This document shows, in pieces, positions 55,590 to 64,000 of a stretch of 64,000 nucleotides of DNA. Position 1 is the stretch's first letter. Each line of letters begins with the position of its first letter. The notes beneath the pieces were generated by a model, which saw only the letters and a list, made by a program, of their open reading frames with translations, made no database searches and was not told the origin of the DNA. The position numbers and the translations under genes are program-made. The stretch lies in the sequence record ON286975. One strand, 5' to 3'. The stretch is from Escherichia phage I29.

Positions 55590-56059
55590 ACATTGTCGGA
55601 TACACAGAAATATCTTACACCGAAGGGCCAGGTATTAGAACTGCCTTGTGGGTATCTGGGTGCCCACACGCTTGCCCTGGTTGCTTTAATCAGGCATTTT
55701 GGTCAAAAGATAAGGGGAGGGAGTTCACTGAAGAAGACTTGCAAAAAATCTTGTCAGATTTAGATAACCCGTCTGTGTGCGGTATCTCTCTGCTGGGTGG
55801 AGAACCCTTAGCATACTATAATGAGCCAGATATTATTAGCCTGATGGAGAAAATTAAGGAAAAATTTGGTGACAAGAAAACTATTCTTGTATATACTGGG
55901 TTCACATTTGACCATATCTCTAGTGATGTTCTTAAACTGGCTGATATCATCATTGACGGTAAGTATGTAAAAGATTTACCAACCAAGAAACCGTTCCGAG
56001 GCAGTGATAACCAAAGAATGTTTAAAAAAGTATCAGGCGGTTGGGTTCAGGTAGACTAG
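55586..56059 (+). CDS. nrdG: anaerobic ribonucleotide reductase activating protein (radical SAM)
   Basis: 157 aa; radical-SAM cysteine motif CPHACPGC near N-terminus. Confidence 0.85.
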   Translation: MNIVGYTEISYTEGPGIRTALWVSGCPHACPGCFNQAFWSKDKGREFTEEDLQKILSDLDNPSVCGISLLGGEPLAYYNEPDIISLMEKIKEKFGDKKTILVYTGFTFDHISSDVLKLADIIIDGKYVKDLPTKKPFRGSDNQRMFKKVSGGWVQVD

Positions 56060-56062
56060 TTG

Positions 56063-56092
56063 TTGACAAAGCTTTGTTTAGATAGGTATAAT
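56063..56092 (+). promoter_or_regulatory. sigma70-like promoter (TTGACA-18-TATAAT)
   Basis: gTTGACAaagctttgtttagataggTATAATtatcg. Confidence 0.6.
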
Positions 56093-56123
56093 TATCGTAA
56101 AATGAAAGTAGAGGAGGTGCCAA

Positions 56124-56237
56124 ATGGCTAAAAAAGCCTTGAAGAAGGCGTACAAGAAAGAGATTGCGCTTGAGCTTAAGAAAAAACACAAGCGTGAAAA
56201 GAAACATCATGGAGATGAAGAGGGGGTGCAACAGTGA
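56124..56237 (+). CDS. 37-aa Lys-rich basic micro-protein (hypothetical)
   Basis: Own translation MAKKALKKAYKKEIALELKKKHKREKKHHGDEEGVQQ; GAGGAGGTG RBS; stop overlaps GTG start of next ORF. Confidence 0.3.
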   Translation: MAKKALKKAYKKEIALELKKKHKREKKHHGDEEGVQQ

Positions 56238-56584
56238 CACAAGAACGTATCGATTTGGCTAATAAGTTTGTAGATCTCATTTTGCCACGGTTAGTTACTC
56301 AACATGCAGATGCTATTTCTACTAATCTTGATGGCTTACGCCTAATGCTGAATCGCACAGATGACCCTCGTATTCGGGCTGATTTAGAAGCCTCTGCCAA
56401 CAAACTGGAAAAGTTCTTGCAAGTAGACACGCAAGAAGCCTTGCACAAGATTATGGTGGAAGGTTTCTCTAAAGAATTTACCATTAAAGAGCTTAAGGAG
56501 CTGATCCACCAAGAAGAGATGAATATCCGAGTTCAGGCTGTTGCAAGCAGCATGGAAGCGGCTATTGAAAAACTGTTGCAGTAA
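56234..56584 (+). CDS. hypothetical protein
   Basis: 116-aa ORF (GTG start). Confidence 0.4.
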   Translation: MTQERIDLANKFVDLILPRLVTQHADAISTNLDGLRLMLNRTDDPRIRADLEASANKLEKFLQVDTQEALHKIMVEGFSKEFTIKELKELIHQEEMNIRVQAVASSMEAAIEKLLQ

Positions 56585-56622
56585 AAGTACTTGGCACATC
56601 TCAATCTGAAAGGAGTCCCAAC

Positions 56623-57411
56623 ATGGGTCGAGCTAAAGAAACAAAACGCATGCGTGATGAAGCTAGAGAGGCTCGCAAATCTGATCGCTTGCGTAAGGCT
56701 GCTGAGAAATTTGCTGACGAAAGAGAGCACACCGCTCCAGCTCTCCGACCAATGAATAAGAAGCAGCAAAAGTATCTTGATTATCTAGGGTCACGTAAGA
56801 TTATTATTGTAAACGGTGTGTTTGGATCCGGTAAGACATTTATGGCATCTGCATATGCAGGTGATCTTCTGCGTAAGAACGAGATTGATAAGATCATTGT
56901 TGCACGTCCTTACGTCCAGACAGGAAAGACTTCAGGATTTAAACCCGGAAATGCAATTCAGAAACTGTGGCCCTATCTTCGAAGCATGATGGACACGATT
57001 TGTCGTCGTGTTGGCAAAGGTGCTTTTGCCGCAATGCTGGGAGACGGTCAGAACAGTCGTATCGAGATTTGTGAGGTTGAAAGCATTCGTGGTCGTAGTT
57101 TCGATGAGCGATGCTTTGTCCTGATTGACGAGGCACAGCAAACTAACCCTGAAGAAATGTTGTCAATTATCACAAGGATCTCTGATCAAGCCACCCTTGT
57201 AATTATGGGTGATAATAGCCAACGTGACATCCCTGGTAAATCTGGCCTTGCGTGGGTGACGGATTTCTTTACTCGTCATCCAGATCCTGAGGTTGGAATG
57301 ATCAGCTTTGATAGTCCAGACGATGTCGTTCGTTCCGGGTTGGGCCGTCAGATCGCACTCAATCTTATTGAGGATCGTGCAAATCATATTTGGACCCCTG
57401 TTTCCGAGTAA
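56623..57411 (+). CDS. phoH: PhoH-like ATPase
   Basis: 262 aa; Walker A VNGVFGSGKTF and conserved PhoH core (LIDEAQQ, IMGDNSQRD). Confidence 0.8.
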   Translation: MGRAKETKRMRDEAREARKSDRLRKAAEKFADEREHTAPALRPMNKKQQKYLDYLGSRKIIIVNGVFGSGKTFMASAYAGDLLRKNEIDKIIVARPYVQTGKTSGFKPGNAIQKLWPYLRSMMDTICRRVGKGAFAAMLGDGQNSRIEICEVESIRGRSFDERCFVLIDEAQQTNPEEMLSIITRISDQATLVIMGDNSQRDIPGKSGLAWVTDFFTRHPDPEVGMISFDSPDDVVRSGLGRQIALNLIEDRANHIWTPVSE

Positions 57412-57416
57412 TACAG

Positions 57417-57437
57417 AAGGGTGGTTATTCCACCCTT
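57417..57437 (+). terminator. hairpin after phoH (weak terminator)
   Basis: AAGGGTGG-TTATT-CCACCCTT 8-bp stem; downstream sequence is A-rich, so efficiency is doubtful. Confidence 0.35.
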
Positions 57438-57455
57438 AAATATCTAAAACAGTTG

Positions 57456-57484
57456 TTGACAAATAGGTAAGCTTTAGATATTAT
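57456..57484 (+). promoter_or_regulatory. sigma70-like promoter (TTGACA-17-TATTAT)
   Basis: gTTGACAaataggtaagctttagaTATTATcgg; shares the GTTGTTGACAAA -35 context with the promoter at 56063. Confidence 0.55.
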
Positions 57485-57512
57485 TATCGGACAAAACAGA
57501 GAGAAGGACAGT

Positions 57513-57824
57513 ATGGCTACAATACAAGAGAAACTGAATAAAATATACTGCCTGTTTGTCTATAACGGCGAGACAATTTTGGCAAATAAAGGATCCAAGA
57601 ATGTGTGGACCAAGGACAGCGGTGGTAATATAATTAACTTAGCGTTGCTACGTGAGCGCCGACACAGATTCTTTATCGAGTCTCGAATTATTGAAAGCAG
57701 CACTTGCTACAGAACAGGCGATAAAGTAATTGTTGACAATGATACGTGGTATGTGGTAGATTGGCAATCATTGAGTTGTGATGCTTCTGACAATCGTAAG
57801 TACTCCATAGTGATTGCTAAATAA
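57513..57824 (+). CDS. hypothetical protein
   Basis: 103-aa ORF. Confidence 0.4.
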   Translation: MATIQEKLNKIYCLFVYNGETILANKGSKNVWTKDSGGNIINLALLRERRHRFFIESRIIESSTCYRTGDKVIVDNDTWYVVDWQSLSCDASDNRKYSIVIAK

Positions 57825-57884
57825 AGGTAAATGTGAATCAGGTTTAAATAAATAGCTTTCAACTTCCAATATTAAGGATTTCTC

Positions 57885-58934
57885 ATGAATTTAACACCTC
57901 GCAGCACCATGGTACACGGCATGAAAGAAAAACAGAACGGTTTCGAACCTATGAGTAATAAAATGTTTGGTATGCCGGGCGGTATCATGGAAACATACAG
58001 CTACCCAACACCTGTTGTTGACCACGTTCTTTATATCGACGATTTGGAGGACCTGCAGGATCATATGTCTCGTCTGCAGACGATCCGTATGGCTCAGCCG
58101 GAAGAAAGCATTCGTGTGATCATCAATAGCCCTGGTGGTTGCGTGCACATTGCAATGGCTTATCTGCAGGCATTCCGCGAGTCTCAGGCAAGCGTTGTTG
58201 CACATGCTGAAGGGATGTGCTGCTCTGCTGGAACAATCTTATGGCTTGGTTGCAAAGAACGTACTGTGGCTCCGGACACAGAATTTATGTTCCACTACTA
58301 TCAAGGTGGCACTTATGGTAACGGTGTTAACATGAATACTCAGGTCAGCTACTGGAAAAAACGTTTTGAACACCTGATCGAAAAATACTACGGTGGGGTG
58401 CTGACAGAAGATGAGATCGCATCCATCACAGCTGGTGGCGAAGTGTGGTTGGACGGAGAAGAGTTGGCAGCACGCACTGGAGCTATTATTCTGGATGAAG
58501 GCAACATACAACGCATCCAGAACGGACAAAAACCGAAAAAGCTTCTGGCAAAAGGTGATGAAGAAGGCGTGTTAGGTGAAGCAGGTCTTCCGGAGATTCA
58601 TCAGTGCACATCTTTAGATGAGTTAGTTCATGCTGTTGAATCTGCAAAAGCGGGTGGTTCGAAAGGTGATGTTCACACTGTGTTCCTGAATCTGCAGATG
58701 GAAAGTGGCGAGACCGTCCGAATTGCCCTGGGTGAGATTACTTCAGAAGATCTGCAGAGATTCTCTGTCGTTGAACTTCAGGATATTCTGTCTCAATTGA
58801 AGACTACTCTGAACGGCGGTGAAGAGGTTAAGGTGAAAGATAAGACTCGCAAGCGTCTTGTGGACAATATTATTAAAACAGCAAAAGAGCTCAATGAAAA
58901 AATCCTGGGTGCAGGAATTGTCGAAGAAGCTTAA
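57885..58934 (+). CDS. ClpP-family (S14-like) serine protease homolog
   Basis: 349 aa; ClpP-like blocks VIINSPGG, AEGMCCSAGTIL (Ser) and FMFHYYQGG (His); long C-terminal extension; true start may be a downstream Met. Confidence 0.7.
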   Translation: MNLTPRSTMVHGMKEKQNGFEPMSNKMFGMPGGIMETYSYPTPVVDHVLYIDDLEDLQDHMSRLQTIRMAQPEESIRVIINSPGGCVHIAMAYLQAFRESQASVVAHAEGMCCSAGTILWLGCKERTVAPDTEFMFHYYQGGTYGNGVNMNTQVSYWKKRFEHLIEKYYGGVLTEDEIASITAGGEVWLDGEELAARTGAIILDEGNIQRIQNGQKPKKLLAKGDEEGVLGEAGLPEIHQCTSLDELVHAVESAKAGGSKGDVHTVFLNLQMESGETVRIALGEITSEDLQRFSVVELQDILSQLKTTLNGGEEVKVKDKTRKRLVDNIIKTAKELNEKILGAGIVEEA

Positions 58935-58947
58935 ACATTAATTCTAA

Positions 58948-58968
58948 AGCCCTCTTCGGAGGGCTTTT
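58948..58968 (+). terminator. intrinsic terminator after ClpP-like gene
   Basis: AGCCCTC-TTCG-GAGGGCT followed by TTTT. Confidence 0.6.
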
Positions 58969-58985
58969 ATGATCTGGAGATTTGC

Positions 58986-59519
58986 ATGACTTGTGCTAGA
59001 AAACCTGATGAACAACGTAACGCCTACGATGAGTATGTGACACCGGAGTGGTGTGCAGAAGGGCTGTATGACCTTATTCCGTTCCCAGAAGACTGGACCT
59101 ACTTAGAGCCTTGCAGGAATAGTGCCTCAGGTGTGTTCTACTCCCGTATGCCGTTAGGATCTGCATGGGGAGAAATCCAAGAAGGTGTTGACTATCTGAA
59201 TACAGAATACAACCATGTTGACTGTATTATCACCAACCCGCCGTACAGCCTGGCTCGTGAGTTTGTGGACAAGGCGTTGAAAGATGCCGACGTAGTTATT
59301 ATGCTTTTGCGTCTTAATTTTCTGGAAAGCAAGGCCAGATTTGAATGGTGGCTTGATAATGCACCTACCACTGTGATCACAATATCTAAGCGTCCGTCAT
59401 TCCAATCTAATGGTAGAACGGATGGGCAGGCATATGCATATTTTGTGTGGGATAAGAAAAACCGTTTAGACTTGCCGCCATTTATGTGGTTGGCACCCCC
59501 AGAGGTAGACCTGAAATGA
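58986..59519 (+). CDS. small DNA amino-methyltransferase (NPPY type)
   Basis: 177 aa; LEPCRNSASG (motif I-like) and ITNPPYS (motif IV). Confidence 0.55.
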   Translation: MTCARKPDEQRNAYDEYVTPEWCAEGLYDLIPFPEDWTYLEPCRNSASGVFYSRMPLGSAWGEIQEGVDYLNTEYNHVDCIITNPPYSLAREFVDKALKDADVVIMLLRLNFLESKARFEWWLDNAPTTVITISKRPSFQSNGRTDGQAYAYFVWDKKNRLDLPPFMWLAPPEVDLK

Positions 59520-59800
59520 AAATGAGTGCTAAGGACAAATTACACCAGTTAGCGCTAAAACGTCCTGTAACGCTCCCTGACGAGCTTAACTCCATTTATG
59601 ATGCGATTGTAGGGGAGATACAAAATAAAGCGTTAGCAGGCTTTCTGGGATGCGGATTTTCGATAAATCTACCGTCGCATCTCTCAGATTACTTCCCGCA
59701 CATTGTTGGAGATTTAAGGGCAGGAGGTTTGCAGGTAGATGTTGTCGGCATCTCTCCAGAGAAAAATAACACGGTTGCCTACTTGACAGTAACCTGGTAG
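59516..59800 (+). CDS. hypothetical protein
   Basis: ORF track 59486..59800; ATG at 59516 overlaps the methyltransferase stop (ATGA). Confidence 0.35.
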   Translation: MKMSAKDKLHQLALKRPVTLPDELNSIYDAIVGEIQNKALAGFLGCGFSINLPSHLSDYFPHIVGDLRAGGLQVDVVGISPEKNNTVAYLTVTW

Positions 59801-59807
59801 TTGTGTA

Positions 59808-60074
59808 TTGTTGTTCTCAACAAGGGGGTCATTTATGTACAAGTCATTCTCAATTTACTCAAGACAGGCGAAACACTACACAGAGATCCTGATTACTCAG
59901 AAAAAATCTGTAGAAGGTGAGTGGGAATATCACCATAAAATGTTGCGTCCAGATTGGGTTTTTGATAGACTTATTGCCATGATCCCTCTTGGGGAAGTAT
60001 ACCCTCTGACAGCCCATCGCGATGCTTGGGATTTAATTGATTACATAGATTCATTTAAGGAGCCTAGATTATGA
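59808..60074 (+). CDS. hypothetical protein
   Basis: 88-aa ORF. Confidence 0.35.
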   Translation: MLFSTRGSFMYKSFSIYSRQAKHYTEILITQKKSVEGEWEYHHKMLRPDWVFDRLIAMIPLGEVYPLTAHRDAWDLIDYIDSFKEPRL

Positions 60075-60472
60075 AGATTGAGATTACTAAAGAAGGTAAG
60101 AAAGTGTCCGGCAACTATGCAACAGTAATTCGGGATTTAATGTTTGAAGCCACCAAGATAGGTACATCTAAAGTTGGTCAAACTGTTAGTGTGAAAAGTA
60201 ATATCGCCACAGGAGAGAAGGTATTCATTGTGGTCAAAGGGCAGGATCCTGTGGAAGGAACAGTGGGCCGAGGAGGTTACCTGTGCATTTCTGAAGAGCC
60301 TCGTATGCTAGTGGCTGACTCCGCTACTATAGGTGGGAAACGTGTGTGCGAGGCGGATGAGGTAATGATTATCCAGCCTGTTGACCCAGATGATCCAGCA
60401 ACTTGGGTGGTAGGAAATGAAATCTTCTCTTTAGAAGAGTTATCCTTCCCAGCCCCGCGCTCTGTTCAGTAA
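60071..60472 (+). CDS. hypothetical protein
   Basis: 133-aa ORF, ATGA overlap with upstream ORF. Confidence 0.4.
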   Translation: MKIEITKEGKKVSGNYATVIRDLMFEATKIGTSKVGQTVSVKSNIATGEKVFIVVKGQDPVEGTVGRGGYLCISEEPRMLVADSATIGGKRVCEADEVMIIQPVDPDDPATWVVGNEIFSLEELSFPAPRSVQ

Positions 60473-60511
60473 TAATTTATCTTACCAGGGACGGTAGAAG
60501 CAGGAGGTAGC

Positions 60512-60745
60512 ATGAAAGTTAAATTTCTTACAGATTTAGGGTACCCTTCCTTGGTTGACTGTGTTGGTAAAATTGTGGAAGCAAAACGGCTATCTGCAAA
60601 CGAGAATGTTGTCCTGGTTAAAGGGAAGGATTTACTAGCTGCAGGTGCAGAGTCTGGCAGGATCTCTCCTGATTATATGTATTACCTATCTTTAAGTAAT
60701 CTGCCAGAGCGAGGCGGTAAAGGCCTTGAAGTTGTGGAGGAGTGA
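60512..60745 (+). CDS. hypothetical protein
   Basis: 77-aa ORF. Confidence 0.35.
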   Translation: MKVKFLTDLGYPSLVDCVGKIVEAKRLSANENVVLVKGKDLLAAGAESGRISPDYMYYLSLSNLPERGGKGLEVVEE

Positions 60746-61275
60746 CAGGTATGCTTCTGATTAACTGGGAAGACCTCTATGGGGACAAAGACCCTGTTGC
60801 GTTTGTTGATCGTAGGTGGAGATACACTGAAGAACAACTGGCGGCAAAAAATTTAACTGCAAAACGCAGAAAGATCATCCAGTGCAAGTACAAATACGCA
60901 CAGTTTGCTGCAAAAGTGTCTCCACAAATCGAGAGCTTTGTGCTTAAATTGTATGACGAGTACCTCAAATTCAAATTGGATTTTGTACAGGTGTACCGTG
61001 CACAGGTACGACCAGATACCAACATATGTAGATGGAAGGTTGTTTGTGACGGTAAAGATTTGCCGCTCAGCTTGACAATTGAGTGGCGTTATGGGTATCA
61101 TGAGTGTGGTCTGTATGATATTTGGGATGTCATTGTAGATCCTGCTAAGCATCTGAACACAGAGGAGCTGGAATATATCAATAAGGTTATTCTCGATATG
61201 TTTTTCAGCTACACCCATGAAAACTCTGAGAAAGAACGGGATAATTTTCTTGACACCCTCAGCTGCCATTTGTAG
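60742..61275 (+). CDS. hypothetical protein
   Basis: 177-aa ORF. Confidence 0.4.
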   Translation: MTGMLLINWEDLYGDKDPVAFVDRRWRYTEEQLAAKNLTAKRRKIIQCKYKYAQFAAKVSPQIESFVLKLYDEYLKFKLDFVQVYRAQVRPDTNICRWKVVCDGKDLPLSLTIEWRYGYHECGLYDIWDVIVDPAKHLNTEELEYINKVILDMFFSYTHENSEKERDNFLDTLSCHL

Positions 61276-61305
61276 TATACAATTTAACCTACAAAGGGAG
61301 GACCA

Positions 61306-61542
61306 ATGAGTATAAATGTTGTGCTAATAGGTTACCTGGTAATGTCCGTTATAACAGCGGTATTCTTGACAGGTGTATGCATCGTGTCCAGACGAAGGGT
61401 GAAGTTTGATGATTTTATCACCATCATCACTGCTGCACCTTTTTGGCCTGTTGTTATCTTCATCGTGATAATGTGCCTGGTTGATTACTACAAGAATATC
61501 CGTAAGGAGAAAAAGGAGGGTAGGGATGGAGACCGCACCTAA
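61306..61542 (+). CDS. small membrane protein with two predicted TM segments (holin-like topology)
   Basis: 78 aa; two hydrophobic stretches (VLIGYLVMSVITAVFLTGVCIV and ITAAPFWPVVIFIVIMCLV) and a charged C-terminus. Confidence 0.4.
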   Translation: MSINVVLIGYLVMSVITAVFLTGVCIVSRRRVKFDDFITIITAAPFWPVVIFIVIMCLVDYYKNIRKEKKEGRDGDRT

Positions 61543-61678
61543 AACTGTTTATACTGTTCTTAAAGAGATTGCGTTCTACGCAGATCTTAGTCAGGCACCT
61601 TTATGGGAAAAGAACATGTATTTAAAATGGTGCGTTAATTTAGGGAGACCTTCCAGTGTTTCAAGCCATGTTTATTGA
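61526..61678 (+). CDS. hypothetical small protein
   Basis: ORF track 61481..61678; ATG at 61526 (METAPKTVYTV...) has a GGAGGG RBS. Confidence 0.3.
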   Translation: METAPKTVYTVLKEIAFYADLSQAPLWEKNMYLKWCVNLGRPSSVSSHVY

Positions 61679-61743
61679 GATGCTATCTGGGGTATTGTTA
61701 CTGGTAGCCATCTTAGGTGGTGCAGTTCTGATGTATAACTATC

Positions 61744-61947
61744 TTGAAAAAGGAGACAGTAATGGCAAAAAATAAATCTTTAGAGCAGGCTGAAAACCTT
61801 CTCCACGAGCTGGTAAAGGAGTGGAAAGTCGAATACTCAGATTTTAATGCACGAGAGGGTGAAGATTATTGGCCTACGGAGCGCTCCGAGGGTGAATGGT
61901 ATCAAGATTTTATAGAGTGGTTATATCAGACGTGCGATGAGGGGTGA
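61744..61947 (+). CDS. hypothetical protein
   Basis: 67-aa ORF. Confidence 0.35.
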   Translation: MKKETVMAKNKSLEQAENLLHELVKEWKVEYSDFNAREGEDYWPTERSEGEWYQDFIEWLYQTCDEG

Positions 61948-62414
61948 CGATGTTTGTTAAATATGTAAAAACGTGCCTCAACAGCCTTGGCAGAGAGCAT
62001 TGGTACACCTTGCTTGAAAAAGGAGAAATTTTAACAAAATCTGGAAAGATAACTTTGATACCTCTTGATAGTAAAGGTAAAGACCCGTCACGACTTGTTA
62101 TAGATGATTACGTTACAGGTGTGACGTTCGAGGTCTCTGTGGAGAGGTTAATACGCAGAGCTGGCGGCCCTTATGACCGAAGAGAGTATGTTTTCGATTC
62201 CGTTACAGAGATGGGGGAGCATCCGTCTTTAATGTTCAGGATGGTAATCAGAGATATGAGGTCATCTATAGATAGGATCGTAAAGGACATTAAGGAACCT
62301 TTTAGAGTAAAAGTTAAGAAGTTTTTCGATTCTAAGATTAACATACTCGCCGTTGCACTAGGTGTAGTTCAACTTCTGTTAATTTTGCACTATTTTGAAC
62401 TGTTGTTTAAGTAG
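61944..62414 (+). CDS. hypothetical protein
   Basis: 156-aa ORF; hydrophobic C-terminus. Confidence 0.4.
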   Translation: MTMFVKYVKTCLNSLGREHWYTLLEKGEILTKSGKITLIPLDSKGKDPSRLVIDDYVTGVTFEVSVERLIRRAGGPYDRREYVFDSVTEMGEHPSLMFRMVIRDMRSSIDRIVKDIKEPFRVKVKKFFDSKINILAVALGVVQLLLILHYFELLFK

Positions 62415-62474
62415 TGTGCAACAAGGCACAAAGGATGTGCCATAATTAAACAAATTAAGAAAGAGGTAGAGAGA

Positions 62475-62822
62475 ATGTCAAAGATTAAATCGATATTAAT
62501 GTGGGTAGCTGTTGTGGCTTTTGTAGGATACTGGACTTGGGAAACTGAATTAAAAGATATCGGATATACCAGTCTTGAGAGCAAGGCGTGCATTGGCATA
62601 ACCGATGCATTCAGGCAAAATGCTATGGATCACGAATGTGTCGATGCAGATATAGATGAGAAACTGTCTAAGGACAAGGATTTTTACCATGGTCATGCCT
62701 TGCTTGATAGTGGTGACACTGTAGAATTCTGGTCGTGGTTCCGTGAAGATGGAACAATAAAGACAGCAGTAAAGATTTCCAACAAAGAGTTAATGCTGTT
62801 GCAGCAGAAGGAGGTGCAATGA
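62475..62822 (+). CDS. hypothetical protein with N-terminal TM/signal segment
   Basis: 115 aa; N-terminal SILMWVAVVAFVGYWTW. Confidence 0.4.
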   Translation: MSKIKSILMWVAVVAFVGYWTWETELKDIGYTSLESKACIGITDAFRQNAMDHECVDADIDEKLSKDKDFYHGHALLDSGDTVEFWSWFREDGTIKTAVKISNKELMLLQQKEVQ

Positions 62823-63106
62823 TTTGGATATCCTACACTGATGGCACCATGCTGTATACTGCAGGTACCAGATATGAAGTTCAGGAGAACGATAAAAAAT
62901 TTATCGTAAAAACATTTGACAAGGACGACAACCTTTTGCTAGAATTGACTTACAAAGTTGGAGAGGTATCCAATATCCAGTTGGATTGTGGTCATAAAGA
63001 TAATCCACTCAAAAAACCTGGAGTAGGTAAGGCTTCAGAAGAACGTCTGTCTCGTATTGCAGAAAGCGTTTCTCCCCAAAAATCTAAGAAGAGGACTAGA
63101 AAATGA
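62819..63106 (+). CDS. hypothetical protein
   Basis: 95-aa ORF. Confidence 0.35.
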   Translation: MIWISYTDGTMLYTAGTRYEVQENDKKFIVKTFDKDDNLLLELTYKVGEVSNIQLDCGHKDNPLKKPGVGKASEERLSRIAESVSPQKSKKRTRK

Positions 63107-63297
63107 AAAACTTACGTTTTAACACTTATTACTACAACACATTGAATGATTTGTATTATATTGTTCGAAGTAAAAGTCCTGAAACAGTCCTATTCTGCCG
63201 CGAACCTTTCAAAGGGGAGGAAGTAGAGTCTGAGATGAATGTTAGCCAGATCACCTCTTTGTTGCTCTCAGGCGCAATGGAAGAAGCAATATTCTAA
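63103..63297 (+). CDS. hypothetical protein
   Basis: 64-aa ORF. Confidence 0.3.
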   Translation: MKNLRFNTYYYNTLNDLYYIVRSKSPETVLFCREPFKGEEVESEMNVSQITSLLLSGAMEEAIF

Positions 63298-63315
63298 ACC
63301 AGGCGGGAGGGTTTT

Positions 63316-63501
63316 ATGAAGCACTATTGCCTGTCTGGTAGAATGGGTGCAGATTGTGATTGGGTTTTCTTAAAACTTGTCAGCATTCGAGAGTTCATCC
63401 CAGAGGAAGAGCAAGAAAGCGAGCTGATGTCATGGATCAACCATTACGGTAACACTTTTCGGCATGTTAAGGTGGAAGAGTTGCCAAGCGAGGCTGATTG
63501 A
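63316..63501 (+). CDS. hypothetical protein
   Basis: 61-aa ORF. Confidence 0.3.
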   Translation: MKHYCLSGRMGADCDWVFLKLVSIREFIPEEEQESELMSWINHYGNTFRHVKVEELPSEAD

Positions 63502-63596
63502 CTATGATTGCATCAATATTAACGTTTATGGGTGGCGTGGCATTCGGATTCATTGTTTGCCTGTTTATAGTGATTATGTCTATGCGAGGCTGAATT

Positions 63597-63893
63597 ATGA
63601 AACTTTTTGAGTGGTTTAAAAAGTTTAAATATAAAGCTGTAGCCATCGTGCCGTGGTCCATTCAGTGGGTTGATGAAGGTGGTCTACCAATACCTGGTGA
63701 CAAAGATACTGGGTACTGGATTATGATGGAGAACGGGTTTGGAAAGCGAAAGTATACGTGCACAAACTCTACTCGATCTGCACTTAATAGAGTGCCTGGT
63801 TACAAACTTATGGTTGTGTGGAAAATGTCAGGTGTGCCTCCAGCTAATGCTCAATTTCTTACTGACAATCCGACCACGGTGGAGGGAGATTGA
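63597..63893 (+). CDS. hypothetical protein
   Basis: 98-aa ORF. Confidence 0.35.
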   Translation: MKLFEWFKKFKYKAVAIVPWSIQWVDEGGLPIPGDKDTGYWIMMENGFGKRKYTCTNSTRSALNRVPGYKLMVVWKMSGVPPANAQFLTDNPTTVEGD

Positions 63894-63895
63894 TA

Positions 63896-64000
63896 ATGAA
63901 AAAGATTAACAGTGGTGAAGTTGAGTTTAAACTTGTCGGGAAAGGCACTTACTGGGAAGTTCGTCAAAAGGTATATTTGTTCGGTCTTATTCCCTATTGG
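63896..64000 (+). CDS. hypothetical protein, 3'-truncated by window edge
   Basis: ATG at 63896 preceded by GGAGGGAGA RBS; open to window end (MKKINSGEVEFKLVGKGTYWEVRQKVYLFGLIPYW). Confidence 0.3.
   Translation, partial: MKKINSGEVEFKLVGKGTYWEVRQKVYLFGLIPYW

Noticed and set aside
36515-61269. Minus-strand ORFs inside the right-hand plus-strand gene block (e.g. 36515..36970, 37388..37942, 47116..47535, 49455..49748, 57891..58205, 60853..61269)
   Set aside because: Antisense to well-supported plus-strand genes (DNA ligase, ThyX, NrdA, ClpP-like), which makes them most likely shadow ORFs.
1-64000. Integrase, repressor or attachment site indicating a temperate element or prophage boundary
   Set aside because: No tyrosine/serine recombinase motifs or CI-like repressor recognised in any frame; the gene content (RNR, ThyX, tRNAs, DNA ligase, structural operon) fits a virulent phage.

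Overview
This window reads as a segment of a virulent-type tailed dsDNA phage (Caudoviricetes) genome; no host genes and no integrase or lysogeny module were seen. All calls come from reading the sequence and the ORF track by eye, so product names are motif-based and no database search or folding was run. Layout: (1) 1-28.5 kb, leftward (minus-strand) late morphogenesis genes: large terminase, portal, scaffold, decoration-like, major capsid, head-tail proteins, sheath-like and tube-like proteins, chaperone pair, tape measure, baseplate hub/spike, three receptor-binding proteins and an NlpC/P60-like protein, plus a spanin pair just upstream of the terminase. (2) 28.5-29.3 kb: six minus-strand tRNAs (Pro-UGG, Met/Ile-CAU, Thr-UGU, Ser-UGA, Tyr-GUA, Arg-UCU) and one atypical tRNA-like element. 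(3) 29.4-33.3 kb: small minus-strand genes, two GC-rich non-coding islands, an AT-rich region with four tandem 21-bp iteron-like repeats, and a split RNA end-healing pair (metallophosphoesterase + P-loop kinase). (4) 33.3-64 kb, rightward early/middle genes: RNA ligase-like, Sir2, DNA ligase, lambda-R-like endolysin, nucleases and resolvases, two amino-methyltransferases, dNMP kinase-like, HAD phosphatase, ThyX, NrdA/NrdB/glutaredoxin/NrdD/NrdG, PhoH, ClpP-like protease and many small ORFs, punctuated by near-consensus sigma70-like promoters and hairpin terminators. The candidates I rank highest for novelty are the tRNA-adjacent RNA-repair locus with a zinc-less Sir2 and a receiver-like partner, and the iteron array.
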